In this document: positions 7,362-13,601 of the stretch, one piece after another
How positions within the stretch are numbered: position 1 is the first letter of the stretch
Layout: every line of letters begins with the position of its first letter
NCBI GenBank assembly: GCA_049964835.1
Contig: JBMFWW010000005.1
Location: 22,047 to 35,647, forward strand
DNA from: Candidatus Micrarchaeia archaeon
GTDB lineage: Archaea > Micrarchaeota > Micrarchaeia > Micrarchaeales > CABMGC01
Direction: 5' to 3'
Length of the DNA stretch: 13,601 nt
The notes under the pieces: model-generated
Database searches by the model: none
The model's input: the letters and a program-made list of their open reading frames with translations, nothing else
Told to the model about the DNA's origin: nothing
Made by a program: the position numbers and the translations under genes

Positions 7362-8276
7362 CTATGACAATTCAGAAAGCTTTTTCATATTCATTCCAAA
7401 TTTTTCAGAAAGAAGGAAATTTAAAATATCCTTACATTCAAAAACATGTCCAGAACCGATAACCAACGCAACACTCTTAGTTGTTTCAAGTTCCTTTAAA
7501 ACTCGCTCTATAATATGGGTATTTCTATATGCTTCAAGATAAGCGCTAGCCTTGTTTATTGGATATTTAACACAATATGGAAATGGAACTGTAAGCTCTT
7601 CATAATTTTGTATATCAGAAAAACTCTTTCCAGTATTTTTAATATTATTATGCTCAATAAAAGTATTAATCCCTGCATCTATCTCTGGCGAATACTGTTT
7701 CATCAACTCTAAAAATTGGTTTTTGTAAGAGTATAGAGAACCATTTTCATTTAAAAACTCCCATTTAAGTACATCTAGTGTTTTTTCATAAACCTCTTCA
7801 TTACTCTTATCTAACATATTGCCCTTAAAGTACCTATATATGCTTACAAAGTTCCAATAAACTCCAAGCTCAATTCCTGTATACTGCTTTTTGTCATATT
7901 CCGAAAGTATTTTCAAATAAGTGGCTCTTGAAAGATTAATTCCAAGAACCGTTGATTCAAATAAAAAGGACAACCTAGCTCCTATACCTACCTCATCCCC
8001 CTGAGCTACTAATTTTTCTATTCTGCTCTGTGGCGTGTTCTCATCAATCTCAAGAAATGTAGTTTTAGGCCGAAATCTTTTGAATACGCTTGAAAATGCA
8101 TCTATAGTATCTCCAGTTAGCTGCTGGTGTCTATGGCCTAAGAACAAAAACGTTTTTTCATTATTATAATAAAGTACACTGTTATCTAAAAATAACTCTT
8201 TTTGTGTCATGATTTTATAGTTGGTCTTTGGTATATGCTTGTATATAAGGTATTCATAAAATTCTTCTGGCGCCAT
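7362..8276 (-). CDS. TraB/GumN/TIKI-like (EreA/ChaN-fold) putative metal-dependent hydrolase or protease
   Basis: Ordered motifs FLFLGHRH, RPKTTFLE, GDE, YRNTHI and LVIGSGH match the GxxH...E...E...RN...GxxH pattern of this superfamily. Confidence 0.55.
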   Translation of the reverse strand: MAPEEFYEYLIYKHIPKTNYKIMTQKELFLDNSVLYYNNEKTFLFLGHRHQQLTGDTIDAFSSVFKRFRPKTTFLEIDENTPQSRIEKLVAQGDEVGIGARLSFLFESTVLGINLSRATYLKILSEYDKKQYTGIELGVYWNFVSIYRYFKGNMLDKSNEEVYEKTLDVLKWEFLNENGSLYSYKNQFLELMKQYSPEIDAGINTFIEHNNIKNTGKSFSDIQNYEELTVPFPYCVKYPINKASAYLEAYRNTHIIERVLKELETTKSVALVIGSGHVFECKDILNFLLSEKFGMNMKKLSELS

Positions 8277-8370
8277 AAGTATTACTTTATCATTACTAAA
8301 AATATTAAAATATAAGTTAGTTTATCAATATATCCCATTAAAACAAAAGGTATATATTCTTATCCTTAAA

Positions 8371-8754
8371 AACATTATTGGGGACAAGTTTCAATTTCCA
8401 AAAGAAAAAGAGGTAGATTCTATGTTAAAACGATGTTTTTATTGGTATCCTACAAAAATGATCAAATATTTAAATTTTTGGCTTAAAAATAATAAAGTAA
8501 TATCTTTTAATAGAATACCGCAATATATTTCATCTTTAAATGCTGGAATTAAACAATTAAAAGATAAAAATTATCATATTTTCTATGTGGATGTCTCTTT
8601 AAATGAAATTAAAAAAGCTGGATTTACGACAGGCAAGGTAATCATTCCAGAATTACAACCTTTATACCTTGCTGAAGAATCAAAAATGCTTTATAGTATA
8701 CATGGTGGAAATATTAAACCCGATAAAAATCTTAAACCACAACCGTTTTGTTAA
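8371..8754 (+). pseudogene. C-terminal fragment of a YcaO cyclodehydratase
   Basis: Contains IFYVDVS...GFTTGKVIIPELQPL and terminal KPQPFC (PxP-type YcaO C-terminus), directly before a SagB gene. It is only ~110-130 aa and lacks the N-terminal ATP-binding motifs. The frame is open upstream of ATG 8422 without another start codon, so the left boundary is approximate. Confidence 0.75.
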
Positions 8755-8765
8755 AAGTGTTTATT

Positions 8766-9467
8766 ATGTTAAAAGACGTTGAGGAATTTTATAAAAAAAC
8801 TAAACTTACTGAAATATCTCTTCCTAAAGGTAAAGCACCAATAGAATATATTCATGTATTCCATAAAGAATATCCAAGATTTTATTCTATAAAATTACCA
8901 CGCAGTTCAAAAGGCGGTGAGTATAATAAATTATTAAATACACGAAAATCTGTCAGACTTTTTTCAAATAAATTTATTTCAATTCAAACATTGGCAAATA
9001 TTTTTAAATCATGTGCAATTATAAAAAACAATCCTGAGAGAAGGTGTTATCCTTCAGCAGGTGTAAGGTTTCCAATAGAAATATATCTGGTAGCGTTCAG
9101 AATAAAAAATTTAAAACCAGGAGCATACCATCTAAATATTAAAAAATTTTCATTAGAGTTGTTATTAAAAACTAATTTAAGAAAATATGAACAGGAATTA
9201 GTATCTCCTTTCCTAAATAATACCGCAGGTATTATAATATTGACATCAGCAATATCACGTTCTGAAGTTAAATATGGATATAAATCATATCCGTTTTCAT
9301 TATTAGAAGCCGGACATATAAGTCAAAATATATTACTTTCTTGTACTAAATATAATGTAGGTAGTTGTCCAGTAGGTTGATTTATAAATGATACTATTAC
9401 AAAAATTTTAGATCTAACTGACGATGAGATTCCGTTAGAAACCATAGGTTTTGGATATTCAATATAA
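8766..9467 (+). pseudogene. SagB/ThcOx-type FMN-dependent azoline dehydrogenase with an in-frame TGA near the C-terminus
   Basis: Motifs KEYPRF..IKLP, RKSVRLF, RCYPSAGVRFPIEIY, GAYH, KYG and LEAGHISQN. After CPVG-TGA (9378-9380) the frame continues FINDTITKILDLTDDEIPLETIGFGYSI-TAA (9467), completing the usual CPxGGFxD..L.L...E...G terminus. The likely start is ATG 8766. Confidence 0.85.
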
Positions 9468-9482
9468 AGTTTAGGTATAAAA

Positions 9483-10724
9483 ATGAAAAATATAGTAATT
9501 AATTCAGATAAAATGTTTGATGGATACAAAATAACTGACAATGTTTCGATATTAATAATTGATGGTATAATAACTAAGATAGGTAAAAGAGGTGAATTTA
9601 AAGGGAAAACATTAAATACTAAATTTATACTTCCTGGATTAATCGACATGCATATACATTTGAGTACTTACGGTGGTTTGTATTATAAAAGTATAAAACT
9701 TATTCCTTATTTTAATAAAATGTTAATTTATAATGGCATAACTACAGTTAGAGATTTAGGCAATTCTTTAAATAATGTTTATAATTTTGAACATTACGAT
9801 GAACTTAAACCCAAAATTTTTTATTCTTTATTTTTAGATAGCGATAAACCATTATGGAGTATGTCATTTATTATAAAAAATAAAAAACAAATACCTGAAT
9901 TAATAAAAATGTACAGTGAAACAGGAATTAAATGGGTTAAAGCTTATCGAGGTATTAATCCAAAAATATTAAAAGAAATTATAAAAGAAGCACATCATAG
10001 AGGGCTTAAAGTTGCAGGGGATTTATTAACTACAAAACCAATAGATGCAATTAATATGAACATAGATACATTAGAACATGTTGTGATGTTAATAAATGAA
10101 ACATATGGAAACAAAGATAAATCAATAGAAAAAATATATAAAAAATGGGCTAGTATAAATTTGAATTCTAAAAGTATTGAAAAACTTATTAATAATTTAG
10201 TTATAAGTAAGACAGTACTATGTCCTACGTTAATTTTAAGCCAAATGGAATTGTTTCCTTCGTTAAAGTATTCAGAATATTTAAAAATCTTATTTCCATT
10301 AGATAAAATTTATACAAATAAAAAGACTAAGAATAATTTTAGTAAGATTAACTATAGTGTTAGAAAAAACGCATTTAAAAATATGCTGAAATTAATTAAG
10401 AAGCTAAATGAAAACGGAGTAAAATTAATATCTGGAACTGATTCTGGAAATCCGTATATTGCCCCAGGTTTTTCAATGCATCAAGAACTAAAATTATTAG
10501 TAAATTGTGGTTTAACCCCAATCGAAGCATTAAAATGTGCAACAACTAATGCCGCTGCTGTTCTTGGAAATGAAAAAATAGGACAGATAAAAGATGGTTA
10601 TAAAGCAGATATTATACTTTTAACAAAAGATGTTGAATATAATATAGCCAATATAGATAAAATATCACATGTTATTTTAGATGGAAAAATTAAGAAGATT
10701 AATATTAAAAATCTTAGAAAATAG
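9483..10724 (+). CDS. Metal-dependent amidohydrolase (TIM-barrel, imidazolonepropionase/prolidase-like)
   Basis: Motifs ILPGLIDMHIH, GITTVRDLG, VKAY, TLEH, SGTDSG, and G.I..GYKADIILL. Confidence 0.9.
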   Translation: MKNIVINSDKMFDGYKITDNVSILIIDGIITKIGKRGEFKGKTLNTKFILPGLIDMHIHLSTYGGLYYKSIKLIPYFNKMLIYNGITTVRDLGNSLNNVYNFEHYDELKPKIFYSLFLDSDKPLWSMSFIIKNKKQIPELIKMYSETGIKWVKAYRGINPKILKEIIKEAHHRGLKVAGDLLTTKPIDAINMNIDTLEHVVMLINETYGNKDKSIEKIYKKWASINLNSKSIEKLINNLVISKTVLCPTLILSQMELFPSLKYSEYLKILFPLDKIYTNKKTKNNFSKINYSVRKNAFKNMLKLIKKLNENGVKLISGTDSGNPYIAPGFSMHQELKLLVNCGLTPIEALKCATTNAAAVLGNEKIGQIKDGYKADIILLTKDVEYNIANIDKISHVILDGKIKKINIKNLRK

Positions 10725-11180
10725 GAACTTGACAAATTAAATATCTTTGTGTTTATAGTATTTTGTGGAATTTCTCTTCTCTTTTTGTCGTCGTAAGACG
10801 ATTTACCGTTAGGCTCCTGAGCAACAGATACAACGAGTGCATCGGTCGCCTGCCAGGAGATGTATAAAATGAAATTATATGAGTCAAAGAATAAAATACT
10901 AGAGATTTGGGCAACAGCCCGGGTTATAGTCCAGAAATATGGGCATAGAAAGAAGTTTGCAAAGCATATTGTTGCATTTGTAATTAAACAAATGAAACAT
11001 TTTACAGATGAGGAGCTTGCAGACTTTTTACTTGTGGATAAGATTGGTAAAATATTAGGATATAAAAAGAGACCGCACGCATCAGTATTTTCCAAGGTTA
11101 GAAAAAGGTCTGATCCCAAAATTTTTGAGGATATGTATAATTGGTTTCTAAAAGAAAAGTATGTAGGAAGGCAGATAAAA
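10725..11180 (+). mobile_element. IS remnant: putative left end or leader plus DDE-transposase N-terminal (DUF772-like, IS4/IS5-type) domain, catalytic domain missing
   Basis: Reads F..KQMKHFTDEELADFL....KILGYKKRPHASVFSKVRKR....F, the PxxSxFSxxRxR signature of transposase N-terminal domains. No DDE region follows. An AGGAG SD at 10855-10859 favours ATG 10869. No partner inverted repeat was found. Confidence 0.6.
10787..10859 (-). ncRNA. Candidate structured RNA overlapping the transposase RBS (antisense or leader)
   Basis: Minus strand: CUCCUG-GCA-GGCGAC-C-GAUGCA-[CUCGU]-UGUAUC-U-GUUGCU-CAGGAG, three 6-bp helices with G-U pairs. Two small hairpins follow. The segment is GC-rich in an AT-rich context. 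Confidence 0.4.
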
Positions 11181-11354
11181 ATAAGAGTAGAAAAAGATAA
11201 GGCCTTTGTACAAGATCTAAGAACCAATATGATATTTTTAACTACCGCGGATGTTGCAAAACGAATAAACATCATTTTAAATAAGACCTTTGAAGAGGCT
11301 TCTCGCTCCGATCCTGATATTCTTAAGTTATTTGAATACAGAAAAAGTGCGTAA
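10869..11354 (+). CDS. Chimeric ORF: transposase N-terminal domain fused to a PqqD/RRE-like C-terminal segment
   Basis: After GRQIK (~11180) the sequence IRVEKDKAFVQDLRTNMIFLTTADVAKRINIIL aligns without gaps to the N-terminus of the other radical SAM (VRKEFFGYLFYDNK*DKIY). It stops 1 nt before ATG 11356. Confidence 0.55.
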   Translation: MKLYESKNKILEIWATARVIVQKYGHRKKFAKHIVAFVIKQMKHFTDEELADFLLVDKIGKILGYKKRPHASVFSKVRKRSDPKIFEDMYNWFLKEKYVGRQIKIRVEKDKAFVQDLRTNMIFLTTADVAKRINIILNKTFEEASRSDPDILKLFEYRKSA

Positions 11355-11355
11355 C

Positions 11356-12396
11356 ATGGAAAGGGTATATCCTGATTTTCCATTTAGGGTAGAGTTTGAA
11401 GTAACCAGTGTTTGCAATCTTGATTGTAAGTACTGTTATGCAAAACCGTTTACATGGAAAACGCCTTCATTTGAAAATATAGAGTATCTCTTTAAAAAAA
11501 CAAAAGAGGAAGCAGATCCTTTTGAGACTGTGCTTGTAGGCGGAGAGCCATTTATAAGAACAGATATGGTTTCATTAATTGAACTTGCAAATAATGTATT
11601 CAGAAGAGGCGTTCAAATAAGTACTAATGGAACATTGTTATCAAGGCTTGATAAAAAGCAGCTCATACGCTTAAAGGATGCAGTAAATGATGGGGTTTCA
11701 CTGCAGGTATCTATAGATAGTTTAAATCCAAGTATAAATGACATTACCAGAGGAAAGACCAAAGAGTCAATAGACGGCATAAATACACTTGAAAAGAGCG
11801 GCATACCCTTCTCCGTAGGGATAGTATTTACAAATGTAAATTCTAATGATATAGTTGCAACAACTTCTAAACTCATAAAAGAATACTCATATTTAGTTTC
11901 GTTAAATCTAGAGCCTCTCCAGCCAACTTCTATACTGGGCGCTGAGTACTTTGAATTAAAGCAGGAAAGCACCGAAATGAGACGACTCTTTAATTTAGTT
12001 AATGGTATTATTAAAGTTCATGGGAGGGACGAATTAAAACTTTATGGTATAGTAGAGGACTGCTCTGAATCTGTAAAGTTTGAGACGCCTGTTCTTGACA
12101 AATACGCATTTAAAACCTGCACCGCTGGCCTTGTTAGAGCTGCAGTTTTTGTTGATGGTTCAGTTACTCCTTGTTCATTAATACGTGATATAAAAATTGG
12201 AAATCTATATACAGATTCATGGGTAGGTATATGGCAGCGTTCCAGAGAAAGATTTGAGTCTATAAAAGATAGTGGTGTAAGCCAGTGTGCAATAAATCTT
12301 CTCCATGAGTCTAAAAGAAATGATAGCTCATTTGTATCACTTGCGGAGGTTGTTGAAAGAATAGAAAAAAGAAAAAGTAGAGTTCTTTCAAAGTAA
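11356..12396 (+). CDS. Radical SAM enzyme with Twitch/partial SPASM domain (PqqE/MftC-like group)
   Basis: Motifs CNLDCKYCY, GGEP, STNG, VSIDS, CTAG...DGSVTPC and IGNL....IW. ATG 11356, right after the upstream TAA, is a likelier start than 11290. Confidence 0.9.
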   Translation: MERVYPDFPFRVEFEVTSVCNLDCKYCYAKPFTWKTPSFENIEYLFKKTKEEADPFETVLVGGEPFIRTDMVSLIELANNVFRRGVQISTNGTLLSRLDKKQLIRLKDAVNDGVSLQVSIDSLNPSINDITRGKTKESIDGINTLEKSGIPFSVGIVFTNVNSNDIVATTSKLIKEYSYLVSLNLEPLQPTSILGAEYFELKQESTEMRRLFNLVNGIIKVHGRDELKLYGIVEDCSESVKFETPVLDKYAFKTCTAGLVRAAVFVDGSVTPCSLIRDIKIGNLYTDSWVGIWQRSRERFESIKDSGVSQCAINLLHESKRNDSSFVSLAEVVERIEKRKSRVLSK

Positions 12397-12459
12397 GAGA
12401 AGCATAGAAAAATATTTATGTATAAGTAGCAATTCAATACTGTTATATTGGTGTTATTT

Positions 12460-13191
12460 TTGAGCGTAAAAAAGGTTAAGGATGATACACTTGTTTTACA
12501 AGGCCATGAAAAACATTCAACAACAAATATTCTATCTGATTTCATATTGGGGAGCCAGGATGGCCTTGTAAATGTTCTTGGAATAATTCTTGGCATTTCA
12601 GCTGCAACAAGCGATATAAGACTTATCTTTGTTGCTGGACTCGCGGCATTAGGTGCAGAATCAATCTCTATGGGTGCAGTAGCCTATACATCGACTCTTG
12701 CAAGGCGTAAGTATTATCTAAAGGAGCGCGAACGTGAGCTAAGTGAAATGAAAAGTGTTCCAAAAACCGAGAAGGCTGAGATACGCAATATATTAAAGGA
12801 ATGGGGCTACTCTGGAAAGAATCTTGATAGCATGACAAATAAGATAGTAGCAAATCCAAAAGCCATGCTTGAGTTTATGATGTCCTTTGAGCTTAAGCTT
12901 TCACCAGTTTCAAAACATCAACCATTGCGCAGCTTCGGAATAGTCTTTGCTGCTACGATTCTGGGCTCTATAATTCCATTGATTCCATTCTTTTTCATAA
13001 ATAACATACATACTGGAGCTATACTCTCGTTAATATTAAGCGGCATAGTGCTTTTTGGAATAGGATATTATGAAGCAAAGAAAACGATAGGCTCTCTATG
13101 GAGAAATGGCATGCAGATGTTAATAATAGGCCTTTTGGCAGGTATAGCCGGTTACTTAATAGGCTACTTCGTAGGAGCCGTGCCTATATAA
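12460..13191 (+). CDS. VIT1/CCC1 family Fe/Mn transporter
   Basis: Motifs DFILGSQDGLV, AESISMGA..Y, E..RE..E, ELKL and IPLIPF, with five hydrophobic helices. A GGTG SD at 12450-12453 favours TTG 12460 (the ORF track starts at 12448). Confidence 0.92.
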   Translation: MSVKKVKDDTLVLQGHEKHSTTNILSDFILGSQDGLVNVLGIILGISAATSDIRLIFVAGLAALGAESISMGAVAYTSTLARRKYYLKERERELSEMKSVPKTEKAEIRNILKEWGYSGKNLDSMTNKIVANPKAMLEFMMSFELKLSPVSKHQPLRSFGIVFAATILGSIIPLIPFFFINNIHTGAILSLILSGIVLFGIGYYEAKKTIGSLWRNGMQMLIIGLLAGIAGYLIGYFVGAVPI

Positions 13192-13273
13192 TTAGAAAAT
13201 AAATTAATCTATGTACTCTATGGGATTAAAATTGAGTATTAAAACCGATTAATTATATTATTTAATCTCAGTA

Positions 13274-13600
13274 CTATTTTTTTAACTTATTCAATTCAGG
13301 ATCTATCTTCATATACACCATTGTCCATTCAAATCCAAGTTTTTCAAATATTTTCCTATTTTTCTTTGTGGTTACAAGTTCCACATACTTTCTTTTTTTG
13401 CACCAATACTCTGTAAACATCTGAACTAAAAGCCTAGCAACTCCTTTTCTTCTGTATTTTTTAAGAACGTATATATTTTCAAGAAATAGGTTCTTAAACT
13501 TGCCATATCTTCTAATATTAAGTTCTCCTTGTATATAATCTACTATTTTTCCATCGCCATTGAATTTGTTTACCTTATACCTTTTTTCTATCAATTTTTC
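13274..13600 (-). CDS. GNAT-family acetyltransferase, 5'-partial
   Basis: Motif A LENIYVLKKYRRKGVARLLV and motif B N..IFEKLGF. The frame runs to the window edge. Confidence 0.8.
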   Translation of the reverse strand, partial: EKLIEKRYKVNKFNGDGKIVDYIQGELNIRRYGKFKNLFLENIYVLKKYRRKGVARLLVQMFTEYWCKKRKYVELVTTKKNRKIFEKLGFEWTMVYMKIDPELNKLKK

Positions 13601-13601
13601 C

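Noticed and set aside
4071..7712. Plus-strand ORFs 4071..4313, 5822..6049 and 7515..7712
   Set aside because: Antisense shadows of the peptidase, radical SAM and TraB-like genes.
10730..10735. TTGACA as a bacterial -35 element
   Set aside because: The context is archaeal. It may instead be part of an IS end, but no matching inverted repeat was found.
10787..10859. tRNA, TPP or fluoride riboswitch, or CRISPR repeat
   Set aside because: No cloverleaf or T-loop, no riboswitch consensus, and no repeated units with spacers anywhere in the window.
9323..12859. Minus-strand ORFs 9323..9649, 10598..11383, 11613..11972, 12042..12596 and 12668..12859
   Set aside because: They lie antisense to motif-bearing genes and show no recognisable domains.

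Overview
Archaeal window, probably DPANN (Micrarchaeota-like by inference from the archaeal-type DnaG, GGTGA ribosome-binding sites and BRE/TATA promoters). The left flank holds the 3' part of a membrane-anchored surface protein, a small phosphodiesterase pseudogene, and a TOPRIM protein-dnaG pair. The right flank holds a VIT1/CCC1 transporter and a partial GNAT. Between them (~3.7-12.4 kb) lies an accessory island of peptide-modification (RiPP) genes. (i) A minus-strand operon: an uncalled 44-aa candidate precursor (7067-7201), an RRE-like/radical SAM/SPASM enzyme whose true frame starts at 7037 but carries an in-frame TAG at codon 21, and an S9A oligopeptidase B-like protease. (ii) A TraB/TIKI-like protein. 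(iii) A plus-strand run: 5'-truncated YcaO, a SagB-type dehydrogenase with a TGA at a conserved Gly, and an amidohydrolase. (iv) An IS remnant with a structured leader, whose transposase N-terminus is fused in frame to an RRE-like segment in front of a second radical SAM enzyme. The island looks like an undescribed archaeal RiPP system, or several, that is partly decaying. All family calls come from motif reading only; no database searches were run.
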